This document shows, piece by piece, positions 20,004-32,870 of a stretch of 64,000 bases of DNA (positions within the stretch are counted from its first letter, which is position 1; each line of letters starts with the position of its first letter). The notes below the pieces were generated by a model that was given only the letters and a program-made list of their open reading frames with translations, ran no database searches and had not been told where the DNA came from. A program made the position numbers and the translations under genes. Source of the stretch: Macrostomum hystrix (lineage: Eukaryota; Animalia; Platyhelminthes); the NCBI GenBank assembly GCA_950097015.1, contig CATNEN010000038.1, positions 20,274,001 to 20,338,000 on the forward strand. Reading direction: 5' to 3'.

Positions 20004-20322
20004 AAAGCAAAGTCGAGCTCTATAACTTTTTATCGTTTCTTCCCACCTCTATTGTTGTTTTCAGGCAGTGAGGATCTAAACTCTTTTAATTTGGTTGGTC
20101 CCTGAGCTTAGTAGCCAATTGGAGTGAGTTACAATGTGGAGTAGGTACTCACTATATTTTTTGCATACTTATAGGCGTATTCGAGCGGTACGAGAGAGTT
20201 TAGATTAATCTGAAATCTAAAATCTGATTAATTTGACTGCACGGTGAAGCATTGTTAAAGCGGTTTAAAAAACCACTGCTCTCATTCACATCTCATTCAA
20301 ATCTGCAAAATTTCAGTTGCCA

Positions 20323-22879
20323 ATGTCAACAAGAAATATGTCTAGCCGACTTCGAGACGCTGTTTTGGCCCGGTTGCCATGGCAGCTAATAGAAGAAGAA
20401 GCTCCGCCAGCTTCCGAGACTGCGCCGGGCGCCAACCGGTGGCAATGGCGCCAGAATCGGCGTCGAATAGTTCAACGAAGACTGGCACTCTCCCTAGCAA
20501 CCGTTGCTCACCTGGCCCTGCTGCTGGCCGCAGCCTGTGCCGATCGTCGAGGTGTTGAACAGCTCTGGCTTCGGCGTCACCTGGCCCAGCTGTTCTCGAC
20601 TCCCACGAAGCTGCCGAATCAGTCCAGCCTGACCGGCTTCTGGAACTGGACTCGGGTCAGGCTGGTGCCGGGCGTCTATTATTCGCCAGAGCTGCGCGTT
20701 GCTGGGCAACCGACGCTGCGTCTGGTGCTCAGTCCAGCGTCAGGCGCCGCCTGCCCGGCGCGCCTACCCTCAGCGCTGCTGAATCCCACCGGCGGCGTCT
20801 GTCTGGCGTCCGATGGCGATGGCGACACTTTGTCCAATGTCGAATCGCCAATCTATAAAAAACTTGGCTACAATGCCAGCGTTGCTATGGCAACCATAAA
20901 TAATTTGCAATCGTCCGGCTGGGCGGCAACGATGAGGACTCGTCGTCTCTCCGCTGATTTTGTACTTTTCCAAAGCGGCTGCGGACTTCTGGCGGCCTGT
21001 CAGATGCAGCTTCGCCTGCCAGTGCCCGGAGCCAGCCGTGGAGTCTTCCGGCTGCGCCTCTGGACACACCCTGTCAGAAACTACCCGTTCGAGGCGTCGG
21101 CCGCAGCGGCTCTCGCCTTCGAGCTGGCCAGCCTGCTGTTTGGCTGCGCTCTGATTGGCGTCGTCATGGCAACTAGGCGTCATCGCTGCTGCCCAATTGG
21201 TGGTTACTGGTTGTGCCATCGGGTGCTGACTTTCGGCGCCATTCTGGCCTCGGCAGTGGCCTTGGTGCTTCGATGCACCGGAGAGCTGGACTCCAGGCGT
21301 CGATTGGCCGCCGGACAAGCGGCGGAGGCGTTCGAGGCCGTCAAATCCACGGCGGAGTTCGGCGATGTGAGAACCAGACGGATGGAAGGCTTTTTTAAAA
21401 GGAGAGACGCCTGGCAGGCTAGTCGTCATGCAATTTTACTCCCATGAGGGCCAATTCCCTAGGCACATGCAGTCAGAGTGTACACTCCCTGACGATGAAA
21501 ACGCATTTATCCGTGTTTAATCAACTCGCCATTTCTCCAGGCATTCGCTAGCTTACTGGCGATTCAGGTCTTCTTGTGCAGCATGCAACTGCTTGAAGCG
21601 ATGCCGCTGCATCCAGAACTGGCGAAGTTCTACTACAGCATGTCGGCAGTTCTGGGCCAGTTGATCAGCCTTTCAGCTGTTCTTTGTCTTTTGTGCCTAG
21701 CCACCTGTCTGCACCTGCTGGCTGCTCTCTGCTCCGAGTCTGGAAGCGAAAGACAGCGCAGTTTTGCTCCACTGATGCAGAGTCTCCTAGCAACTGTTCT
21801 GCGTTAGTCAATCGGCAAATAATTAGGGACTGACTATAATAACGAACAATTATAGTAGCTATAGAATCTCTGACAGCCAATCAGTGAAAATCTGGGTTTC
21901 TCGCTTCTCTTACCTCTGATAGCCAATCAGAAATAAGCTGGGAATCGCAGTTCTCTTACCTCTGATAGCCAATCAGAAATAAGCTAGGTTTTTCACTTCT
22001 CAGACCTCTGATAGCCAATCAGAGACAAGCTGCACGAGTGCCTAACAATCTCTAGCTTCTTTAATTTCTAAAATCAGAAATGATCAGAACCGATCAGAAA
22101 CAAGCAGAGCATGCATCGAACCAATGAGGGAGAAAATGTACCAAGAATATAATTACAGTCTTCTTCAACCAGTTTTTAAACCATCTGCAGGAGAGTCTAA
22201 GCACGCCAACTGGAAGGAACTGAATCATTGGCCCATTTCGGCACTTCTATTGGTCATCTTCGCAGCCGCAGCCTGTGTAATCTGTATGCGATGCATCAGC
22301 GCCGCAGTCATACAGGCCTACGCTGAACAGACTGCGAGGCATCGTCGTCAGACAGGCACTATTGATGACAGCGTCGATGCTGAAGAGACATCCAGCGGAC
22401 TGCTGACTTCAGTCGTGTGCTCTCCAGCTGTACGTCTATTGCGTTGGCTGGCGGCTGCGCTGACTGGCTCAGATCGTGGACTGAAATCTCGGCTGGATTA
22501 TGTTCACGCCAATAGAGGTAGGAAATGTTTTTGAGGATTTAAATAATTGCATTTAATGCTTCGAGCGTAATTGCAACCAGTTCCCCCTTTCTAAATAATA
22601 AAAAAAGATATCAACAAGGTGTCATCGAATCTGCACAACATTCGTGTCGGCTTGCATCTAATTCATCTGAGGCTAATCCGGCTTAGCAGAGCAGAACTTC
22701 AAGAACCAATAGAAGTAGAGCGGCAACAGCAGCAGCAGCAGCGGCAGCGACTACGGCAGCTCCAGGATGCCGAGGAAGAAGTGGCGCTGGCCAAGAGGCA
22801 GTTTTGTCGAGCTATTCAGCGTACAGTTTACCAGTCCGACAATCCTTTTGAGTGGCCTTTCGCTGAGGAGCAGTTATAA
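20323..22879 (+). CDS. Divergent polycystin (PKD2/PKD1L-type TRPP channel domain) protein; exons 20323-21366, 21541-21802, 22191-22517, 22608-22879
   Basis: A TM helix followed by TOP-domain hallmarks (FWNWTRVRLVPGVY, GQPTLRLV, LGYNASVAMATINNLQSSGW..TRRLSADFVLF..LPVPG), further TM segments, a pore/S6-like region ending AAVIQAY and a C-terminal coiled coil. Phases 0,1,1 are consistent. The last acceptor is weak. An acceptor at 20316 may join an upstream exon or a spliced leader. Confidence 0.75.
21868..22030. repeat. Four ~45-bp degenerate repeats each containing AGCCAATCAG in polycystin intron 2
   Basis: TCTGA(C/T)AGCCAATCAG repeated four times. Confidence 0.8.
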
Positions 22880-23666
22880 CCTCGCGAGTTAAACTCTATA
22901 AAAAAGTTCCTAGTTATGCCATCCGCGCATGCTAGTTAACCGAGCCGGGGAGTCTCATATACCAGCCATCATTTGTGCCAGTGTACTCGTTTGTGCGTTA
23001 CCAAGTTGACTCTTGACTCACTGATCTGATTAGTCCATAGTTTTATAAAACTCTATTTTAATCATAAACCTAAATTCTGAACATAATTATATATATGCGA
23101 CCCCTCGCTAGCTGTTAGATATAAGCTGTGTACATCTAAACTTGCTGCTGCATCCAATTTGTTTCCTAACATTTTCCTACCATCATTATATAATAACCTG
23201 TTTCTTAGGCAAGACGACGCCTTTAAAAATGGTCAACTAAAAAATACTGTCTATTGTTTATTATCAGAATATTTGTAGAGCTCGATCTCTTCGATACATC
23301 TAATTATAAACGGATCGTCAATTCATGATCTTTTAATAATTAAAAGAGAAAAAATAAATTTGTTTTCGTAAATCGCAACATTTTCCAATTGTAAAATGTT
23401 TAGCTCCAACAGAAATATATCTTTCAATTCATTATCAAAGTATGATTAGATAGGAAGGCGCGCCCTAAGTGAGTCAAAAGTATATTAAATATGAATTCAA
23501 TACCAGTACCACTAGTAGGAATTTGTTTAGTGGACTGGTTCAACTCGATTTTGATGTTTCTGTCTTCTTGGGGAGTACATATTGGTATATCTATTATATA
23601 TCTAGCATATATGTCTCAATCTGAAAGTTCAAGTTAATTTAATCAGCCAAACGTAAATGGGATGCT

Positions 23667-23748
23667 CAAGGACCACTGTAGTATAACTATTATAATAGTT
23701 ATAGCATAATAGTTATATAACATAATAGTTATACTACAGTGGTCCTTG
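23667..23748. mobile_element. 82-bp MITE with 27-bp perfect TIRs and an 8-bp TSD (P or hAT superfamily)
   Basis: CAAGGACCACTGTAGTATAACTATTAT ... ATAATAGTTATACTACAGTGGTCCTTG, flanked on both sides by GGGATGCT (23659-23666 and 23749-23756). Confidence 0.88.
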
Positions 23749-24698
23749 GGGATGCTATTCTGAGCTTAGAGACGCATTATACAACCAATTTTAGTCTGTA
23801 ATTACTTCGTAAGATCGTTAATATATTTTACCGCAAATTTGAGGACGCTGTTTCTACGAAATTGTTATATCGTCGACTGTTTTATTGTTGTTCTTAATGT
23901 ACTTTGTGTTGACAAAAACTGCAGTGCTTTAATATAAAAGCTTCTTTTCAGACTTTTAACTACTGTGTAATTTTAATTATTATATAAATATAATATTTAC
24001 TTATATCTCATGATACTTTTGTTCCTATTATCAGGGCCTAGCCTGTATTTTCTTCTTTGTGTTTGTGTCATTGGACACGGCCCGATTGTGCATTCCTCAC
24101 CCACCGCCCGGAGTATAGCAGCATCAGCCCTAGTTTTCAGGTCTCTAGGGTGGTTATGGCCTCTTTGGACCCCTGGCTATGGCTACACCACTGAACATTA
24201 TTGCATTAAATTTAATTTCTTCTCATAATTCAAACAAGAAGTCATGGCTGGATTGCTGGAAGCTGGTGGAAGAGCCTACCTTTTAATTTGGCAATGTTCT
24301 ACTTCCATTCGTTATATTATTTTTTCGTTTGAATTCGTGACACATGTGCATTCTGAGTTTGAAAAAGTTGTGCTGACATGGCCTTGCCGTGACTTGACAC
24401 TTGGATCTATGTCTATGGCAAAATCTGGCAAATATGGGGGAATGGGAAGCTAAAGCACATAAATTTAATTTTATTAAAAGTAAAATTAGAAATTTATTTA
24501 TTTCTTTGAATAAGGCCCTCTATTTAAAGTTATAAGGTGTAGGTATACAAATTAATTGGTTCATATTACTTAGGCCTACTTAGGATAATATTTTAGTGAG
24601 AAAGAAGTGAGAACCAAATGTAAAACTATTAAGTATTTTAGTTGGAAAATGTGCATCAGGACTATCAGTTCCAAATAAAGCTGATTAGGATTCAGGAT

Positions 24699-25105
24699 GG
24701 TACCTGGGCACTTTGTCATCTGACTCATCTAGATGATGATCTGTCCAATATCTCAGATGGTGGATGTCGAGACTTAGACTTGTACACACTTTGTCATCTA
24801 TAAAACAAAAGTTTTCAAAGTTAGAACAGAACCACCCCACCCCGCCTCTTATCATGTTGGCACCTATCTTTCAACTCTTATAATGAAATCAGTTTTGACA
24901 CCTCTTTTGACAATTTAGAGTATGGAGTGTGTTCACAACTCTGCCTTACCACCCTACCCTCACTTTATTGATGACAAGCTTGATTGCTTGTTATTAGTAG
25001 ATGATGATCTGATCAAAATTTTAAGCATGCCAATTGGCTGGATGACAAAGTATCCTACCTTCAAAGTGGATGACAAAGTTGTAAGATGACTATGTGTCTA
25101 GGATC
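24699..25105. mobile_element. Degenerate non-autonomous DNA transposon (MITE-like)
   Basis: Imperfect inverted ends GGTACCTGGGCACTTTGTCATC / GATGACTATGTGTCTAGGATCC, with repeated subterminal TTGTCATC/GATGACAA motifs. No clear TSD. Confidence 0.45.
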
Positions 25106-25209
25106 CATTCAGGATATCTCAACAGAACTGATTACTGAGACCAGATCAGATAACATATTATTTGGTAGCCAGCACCTCTATGGCTAGCTAAGCAACTAAA
25201 AAAATTGTT

Positions 25210-25336
25210 CACCCAGTCCATTGACTGAAAAGCTATATACAGCCTTCAGAACTGCTGCGCAATAGTCTGCAGCTGTGCTGTTGGCTGCACATCAGCCCAA
25301 TTTGGGCAGGTGTAATAAATTATTATGTTATTATTA
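25210..25336 (+). mobile_element. Degenerate 3' fragment of the SINE at 27511-27826
   Basis: CCCAGTCC..GACTGAA..CAGCCTTCAGA..GCTGTGCTGTTGGCTGCACATC..GGGCAGGTGTAAT plus a TTA tail matches the reverse complement of 27511-27640. Confidence 0.75.
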
Positions 25337-26040
25337 AGAAACTATTTTTGTTATGCTTTACTACTGTTCTTAAGAAGTATAATAGAGCTAGTAGTACTAC
25401 TACTAACTTTTCAGAGTTTAGTATTTTGTTTCCTTATCAACATTAAAAGAAATTATGTTTTTGTTACTTTTTTATAGTGCTAGAAGACTTACATTATACT
25501 AACAATATAAATAGATTTATATAATGCTCAAACTTTGCTATTGTAGCTATTATAAAATATAGGCCATAGGTTCCCACAAGTGTTTGCTAAATGACTAGCA
25601 CCACTAGGAATATGTGAACATATGTGATTGCTTTAAAGTAAGCACTGGTTGGTTGGAACTGGTTAGTTGCATATTTGATTCAGTATATAATAGTTATGTA
25701 TTTTGATTGCATATGTTTATAAACTCAGTCTTTATTCAATTATACACTTTGCTAGCTAACAGCAAAAGTTTTGGTTTATTTGGTTTAGTTTTGGTTATTT
25801 CCTAAATTCTGCAATAGTTATATAGCTAATTTTATGCTTTTGGTTTAACTTCATACATGTATGTAGTGATATAGTTAAGCTAATATTGTATTTACCTTAG
25901 GCTCTGGCCCATAAAAACTTTTTTGCTGGATGTTATACACATTTACCTATATTAAGAACTTAATTACTTAATTTCAGAATTATATAAATATCAGTTTGTT
26001 GATTTATAAATCATTAGAGAAAAAATAAAACAAACACAAA

Positions 26041-29000
26041 ATGGCAGGAAGCTGGTGGAAGCGCCTACCATTAGTTCACATTCTGGTCATCTGGGGGTTC
26101 TTAATAATTGGCCTGAGTATCAACTTTCTGCAACTTTTAACCCTGCTAATTTGGCCAGTTAATCGCAGCCTATATAGAAAGCTGAACTCTTGGCTAGCCT
26201 TTCAAATGTGGTGTCAATTCACTGTGCTAGCTCAGTGGTATGCCAACTGCAAAATACACTTGTTTGTCAATCCCAACCATGTGCCTTACCTGGGCACCGA
26301 GCATAGCATGGTAATTATGAATCACCGCTACGAGATTGACTGGATGCTGGGTTGGTGCGCCGTGGAACGATTGGGAATGCTCGGAGTGAGTCATTGTGTC
26401 GTTACTACTCTGCTCTTTATCTTTTAATCGTCTGCAGATTATCTTTCAGCTCCATGCCTGCTTTCCTCACTAATCCGCCCCAATTTCCTCATTAATCTAC
26501 TTCCACTACTCCCAATAATCTATCCCCACTTCTCTCACTAATCCTCCCCATTTTGAAAGATTTGGGGATCTCAAATCTCAATTTATGGTGAGATTCCTCT
26601 CATCCTGTCCTCTCACCCTGCCCTCTCACCCTGTCCTCTCACCCTGTCTTCGCACCCTCTTCTCTCACCCTCTCCTCTCACCCTGTTTTCTCATCCTGTC
26701 TTCTGACCCCATTCTCTTACCCATGTTCTCTTATCTCTTCTCCACCTCTCCTTTCATCTATCTTTTCACCCTGTCTTCTCTCACTAATCCGCTCCCGCTT
26801 CTCACTAATCCGCCCTATTTTTCTCATTAATCCGCCCCACCTCCCTCATTAATCCGCCCCACTTCCCTCACTAATCCGCCCCACTTTCCTCACTAATCCG
26901 CCCCACTTTCCTCACTAATCCGCCCCCACTTTCCTTATTCATCCGGCCTTAACTTCCTTATTATTCCGCTTCTCAGCCTGTACTTTTTCATTCGCTTTCT
27001 CACCACCCCCAGAGCTCCAAGATGGTCGGCAAGAAGGTGCTGAAGTTCATCCCAATCATCGGCTGGTCCTTCTACTTCACCGAGTGCATGTTCCTGTCGC
27101 GCAATCTCGATCACGATCGTCGCGTACTGGAGTACCACTCCAAGGAGATGGTCTCCTATCCAAAGGAACATCCGGTTAGCGTCCTGTTCTTTCCCGAAGG
27201 CACCCGATTCACCGAGGCCAAACTGGCTGCCTGCAATCAGGTAACTTTGGCTAGTCGGGACTTACCATTTAAGATCGATAGACCGAATTTTAATCCTCAA
27301 ATTGGGATTAACAAACCAAATTTTGATCCTAACATTTGGATTTACAAACTTAATCTGAATCCTCAAATCCTGTGTGATTGGGATAACACAGACTGAATTC
27401 TAATCCTAAAATCGGGATCACACAGACTGATTTCTGATCCTCAAATCGGGATCGCACAGACAGATTTCTGATCCTCAAATTGGGATCACACAGACTGAAT
27501 TCTAAGCATCAATAATAATATTTTTTTAATAATTGATTACACCTGCCCCAATCGGGTCAGATGTGCAGCCGACAGCACAGCCACAGCTAATGCGCGGCGC
27601 ATCTGAAGGCTGTGTACAACTGTTCAGTCCACGGACTGGGGGGACGCCATACCCACCTTCAATTATCCCAGCTGATGCTGGTACCCATTTAACAGCTGGG
27701 TGAACTGAAGCAATGCAGAGTTAAGTGTCTTGCTAAAGGACGCAAATTGTTCCAGTGGAGTCGGGAATCTAACCCCCGACCTTCAAGTCGTGAGTCCGAC
27801 GCCCTAACCAATAGGCTACAACCTCTGGCTTTAGCCAGGATCAACCTGGGCTTAAAAAATCAAATCCCCAATCCCCTACGTGCGATCTGCAGCCCACATT
27901 CAACAAAGCTCAGGATATTGTTGCCAAAACTACAGGTAGCGGCCAGCAAGGGCCTCCCAGCAATGCGCCATCTGCTGTTACCCAGAACACGCGGCTTCGT
28001 ACTAATGCTGCAAGCTCTGAAAGGTCGGGCCGCCTGCATCTACGACATGACTCTAGCCCTGCCTGCTGGCGACGATCCGACCCTCATGGCAACTCTGAAT
28101 GGCGAGCCCTGTCAGGCTGATTTCCTCTGCCGGCGAATCCCCCTGGAGGATGTGCCCAGCGACGAGGCAGGGTGCGCCAAATGGCTGTTCGATCTGTATA
28201 AGAAAAAGGTGAGCACCCTTGTATCCTGTTCTCTCACCCTGTTCTCTCACCCCTGTCCTCTCACCCTGTTCTCTCACCCCTGTCCTCTCACCCTGTTCTC
28301 TCACCCCTGTCCTCTCACCCTGTTCTCTCACCCTGTTCTCTCACCCCTGTCCTCTCACCCTGTTCTCTCACCCTGTTCTCTCACCCTGTCCTCTCACCCT
28401 GTTCTCTCACCCTGTTCTCTCACCCCTGTCCTCTCACCCTGTTCTCTCACCCTGTTCTCTCACCCCTGTCCTCTCACCCTGTTCTCTCACCCTGTTCTCT
28501 CACCCCTGTTCTCTCACCCTGTTCTCTCACCCTGTCCTCTCACCCTGTCCTCTCACCCTGTCCTCTAATCCTGTCCTCTCATCCTGTCCTCTCACCCTGT
28601 CCTCTCACCCTGTCCTCTCATCCTGTCCTCTCATCCTGTCCTCTCACCCTGTCCTCTCACCCTGTCCTCTCACCCTGTCCTCTTATCCTGTCCTCTCACC
28701 CTGTCCTCTCATCTTGTCCTCTCATCCTGTCCTCTCATCCTGTCTTCTGACCCTGTCTTCTAGCTCTGTCTTCTTATCTGTGTCTCTTTACCCTCTTATT
28801 CGATCAATAAATCATTGAGACCCCATTTGTGAACACGCGCAGGACGACACGCTGGAGTATTACTACAAGCACGGCAAATTCCCGGACACTGATGTGACCG
28901 ATATTCATCTTGCTCGCCGGTACAAAGACATCACCGCCTATCTAGTCTGGCTAGCCTGGTCCGTCATAGTATTCGCAGTCTTTGTCGCGCCCTATATTGT

Positions 29001-29196
29001 TCAGTCGAGTCTAAATTGTGCTTTATTTGGCCTACTGATACTGGGTATGTCCTACGGTGCCAGAAAACTCATTGGAGTCACCGAGATTCGCAAGGCCTCC
29101 AGCTACGGATTGAACAGCTCGGGCGGTTCTGTGACACCTGCCAGCGATGCTGATTTAGTGAGGCCAAATGACAATGAGAACAGAAAGTCTAAATAG
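26041..29196 (+). CDS. AGPAT3: 1-acyl-sn-glycerol-3-phosphate acyltransferase gamma/delta-like (AGPAT3/AGPAT4 family); exons 26041-26385, 27013-27240, 27936-28208, 28843-29196
   Basis: Catalytic NHRYEID (HxxxxD), KKVLKFIPIIGW, FLSR, FPEGTRF, HLLLPRTRGF, RRIPLEDVP, WLFDLYKKKD and C-terminal TM helices. All introns are phase 0 with canonical ends. AGPAT3 versus AGPAT4 is not resolvable. Confidence 0.93.
26460..26940. repeat. Degenerate CT-rich repeats (CTCACTAATCCGCCCCACTT, CTCTCACCCTGT) in AGPAT intron 1
   Basis: Two interleaved degenerate tandem motifs. Confidence 0.8.
27511..27826 (-). mobile_element. tRNA-derived SINE with a Nin/Deu-like central domain
   Basis: On the minus strand: A-box TAGCCTATTGG, B-box GGTTAGATTCC, then TCCTTTAGCAAGACACTTAACTC..CACCCAGCTGTTAAATGGGTACC (resembles the Nin/Deu core) and an AT-rich tail. 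Confidence 0.8.
28222..28760. repeat. 13-14 bp minisatellite (CTCTCACCCTGTT/C) in AGPAT intron 3
   Basis: Tandem units. Confidence 0.95.
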
Positions 29197-29293
29197 AATG
29201 CTATATTAGCTTCGAGTGTAGTTTAGGGACTTTATGACTCAATACTACCTGATTGATTGAGTTCAATTAAGTGTAAAATAAAACTAATATTGT

Positions 29294-30037
29294 TGTTAGC
29301 TGTCAATTGGCTGTAAAATTGATATTTAGTTAGCTGTCAATTGGCTGTAAAATTGATATTTCAGTTAGCTATCAATGGCTGTAAAATTGATGTTTCAGTT
29401 AGCTATCAATTGGCTGTAAAATGGATGTTTCAGTTAGCTATCAATTGGCTGTAAAATGGATGTTTCAGTTAGCTATCAATTGGCTGTAAAATGGATGTTT
29501 CAGTTAGCTATCAATTGGCTGTAAAATTAATGTTTTAGTTAGCTATCAATTGGCTGTAAAATGGATGTTTCAGTTAGCTATCAATTGGCTGTAAAATTAA
29601 TGTTTTAGTTAGCTATCAATTGGCTGTAAAATGGATGTTTCAGTTAGCTATCAATTGGCTGTAAAATGGATGTTTCAGTTAGCTATCAATTGGCTGTAAA
29701 ATGGATGTTTCAGTTAGCTATCAATTGGCTGTAAAATTAATGTTTTAGTTAGCTATCAATTGGCTGTAAAATGGATGTTTCAGTTAGCTATCAATTGGCT
29801 GTAAAATGGATGTTTCAGTTAGCTATCAATTGGCAGTAAAATGGATGTTTCAGTTAGCTATCAATTGGCTGTAAAATTGATGTTTCAGATAGCTTTCAAT
29901 TGGCTGTAAAATTGATATTTCAGTTAGCTATCAATTGGCTGTAAAATTGATGTTTCAGTTAGCTATCAATTGGCTGTAAAATGGATGTTTCAGTTAGCTA
30001 TCAATTGGCTGTCAAATTTATATTTTAGTTAGCTGTC
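29294..30037. repeat. 35-bp minisatellite (TTAGCTATCAATTGGCTGTAAAATGGATGTTTCAG) downstream of AGPAT
   Basis: About 21 tandem units. Confidence 0.96.
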
Positions 30038-30343
30038 AGTTTATATATTTATTTTTTCTATCTAGTTAGTGATTATGTGTCTTGTTTCCATCCTTATTGT
30101 GTTAGTTATTATAGTTACCTAATATTGTTTGGCACGGATTAGCACGTTGTTGAATAGTTGGATATCGGCTATAGTTTGAATAGCACAATTTTTATCTTGA
30201 TTGGTGCCAATGTAAAGATCAGTGCTTAAGTGTTTCAAAAGTTCGCATGGTTTTAGATTTTTTCTGTTAAACTCTTACTTTAAAATAATTATCATTACTT
30301 TTCTGTTCACACTGTCTAAAAATCAGAATTTTGTCAATAATTT

Positions 30344-31045
30344 CTACGGGATTCCCTCAGGATTTGATCTCTACCTCCTACGGGATTCTTTCGGGATTTA
30401 ATCTTTACCTCCTACGGGATTCTCTCAGGATTTGATCTTTACCTCCTACGGGATTCCCTCAGGATTTGATCTCTACCTCCTACGGGATTCCCTCAGGATT
30501 TGATCTCTACCTCCTACGGGATTCTCTCGGGATTTAATCTTTACCTCCTACGGGATTCCCTCAGGATTTGATCTTTACCTCTTACGGGATTCCCTCAGGA
30601 TTGGATCTTTACCTCCTACGGGATTCCCTCAGGATTTGATCTTTACCTCCTACGGGATTCCCTCAGGATTGGATCTTTACCTCCTACGGGATTCCCTCAG
30701 GATTGGATCTTTACCTCCTACGGGATTCCCTCAGGATTTGATCTTTACCTCCTACGGGATTCCCTCAGGATTTGATCTTTACCTCCTACGGGATTCCCTC
30801 AGGATTTGATCTTTACCTCCTACGGGATTCCCTCAGGATTGGATCTTTACCTCCTACGGGATTCCCTCAGGATTGGATCTTTACCTCCTACGGGATTCCC
30901 TCAGGATTGGATCTTTACCTCCTACGGGATTCCCTCAGGATTGGATCTTTACCTCCTACGGGATTCCCTCAGGATTTGATCTTTTAATCTTCTACGGGAT
31001 TCCCTCGGGATTTAATCTTTACCTCCTACGGGATTTGATCTTTAC
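30344..31045. repeat. 34-bp minisatellite (CTACGGGATTCCCTCAGGATTTGATCTTTACCTC)
   Basis: About 20 tandem units. Confidence 0.96.
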
Positions 31046-31924
31046 CTTCTGTGAGACTTTTTAATTATATTTTACTGGTTTTTAGTAAATAAATGTTTTG
31101 GTACTTAAGATAGTTTTTTACTCATTTATATTCTCTGTTTGTTGATGAAGCTACTTAATTAGTCCGTCGAGGTTCTCTTTCGAGCTTTGAAAATTAATTT
31201 TATTTACTATCTGCTTGCCAAGATATTCTTTTCTTTTAACAGCAAGTTTATATACTACGTCTTTTTTGTTCACTGACCAGACCATCTTGATTTTTAACGC
31301 AATTTGTTAAAGCATTAGTCATATTGTGTGCATATTTGTTCTGATTTAATTTAGACAGTTGACAAATATATCAATAATAAATTTCATTTGCTTTTCTATT
31401 AATCAATTTTGGCTTTTAACTTGGGTTTTTATCATTCCAAAATAGTTGTCAATATCGAAACTTTTAATTGTAAATTTTTATTAAAAAAATTTCAAGTATC
31501 ATTTTGTTCGCAAAGTCACCTGTGATTAGTTTTCTTATTTTTTGTTCCTTTTAGATATGAATCTTTGTATGCTACTGAAAGTAAGTACTGATGTTTTCAT
31601 GTGACAAAAATACTTTTTCTGTTTAGACAGTATTTTGTTAATTTTTTTAACCTTCAAATCTGAGCATTGTGCCTGCAAAATTTCAACTGTCTCGTAGCCT
31701 TAGAATCAGTCATCATCAATGTGAGATGAAGTTAGCTTAATTTTTTTATAAATGATTTTCACTACATTTTCACGCATTTTAAATACACACAGCGCTTGTA
31801 CGTCGCGAGCTTGTTTGAAAATGCAACATTTTCAAAAATTCTAATTTAGTAATCAATGTTAACTAATCTAATAAAACGTTGTCTGTCAAATTTAGATTGA
31901 CACAAAGTTTAATGACAGTGTGCT

Positions 31925-32870
31925 GTGTGTCTCTATCAGTGTCTCTCTGTGTCTCTCTCTGTCTCTCTGTCTCCCCCCTCTCTCTGTCTCTCTCTGTGTC
32001 TCTCTCTGTCTCTCTGTCCTCTCTCTGTCTCCCCCCTCTCTCTCTGTCTCTCTCCCTCTCTCTCTGCCTCTCTCCCTCTCTCTCTGTCTCTCTCCCTCTC
32101 TCTCTGTTTCCCCCCTCTCTTCCTGTCTCTCTCTGTCTCTGTCTGTCTCTCTTTGCCTGTCTGTCTCTCTGTATCTGCCTGTCTTTCTCTGTGTCTGCCT
32201 GTCTATCTCTGTATCTGCCTGTCTATCTCTCTGTATCTGCCTGTCTATCTCTCTGTATCTGCCTGTCTATCTTTCTGTATCTGCCTGTCTATCTCTCTGT
32301 ATCTGCCTGTCTATCTCTCTGTATCTGCCTGTCTATCTCTCCGTATCTGCCTGTCTATCTCTCTGTATCTGCCTGTCTATCTCTCCGTATCTGCCTGTCT
32401 ATCTCTCTGTATCTGCCTGTCTATCTCTCTGTATCTGCCTGTCTATCTCTCTGTATCTGCCTGTCTATCTCTCCGTATCTGCCTGTCTATCTCTCTGTAT
32501 CTGCCTGTCTATCTCTCTGTATCTGCCTGTCTATCTTTCTGTATCTGCCTGTCTATCTCTCTGTATCTGCCTGTCTATCTCTCTGTATCTGCCTGTCTAT
32601 CTCTCCGTATCTGCCTGTCTATCTCTCTGTATCTGCCTGTCTATCTCTCTGTATCTGCCTGTCTATCTCTCTGTATCTGTATATAGAAGATTAAGTTAAT
32701 GAATAGTTTAACTATTCAAACTATTGAAAGTTTGAATAGTTTTCAAACTATTTGAAAAAAATTTTCATGTAGTTTTTTGTCTATCTTTCTGTATCTGCCT
32801 GTCCATCTCTCTGTATCTGCCTGTCTGTCTGTTTCTCTGTCTCTCTATTTCTCACTGTCCCTCTTTGTGT
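31925..32870. repeat. CT microsatellite grading into a 22-bp minisatellite (TCTCTGTATCTGCCTGTCTATC)
   Basis: Tandem units, interrupted at ~32680-32778. Confidence 0.95.

Noticed and set aside
27750-27826. tRNA gene
   Set aside because: The A/B boxes run directly into a SINE body and tail, with no intact cloverleaf. The same applies to 45341-45420, ~52655 and ~55080.
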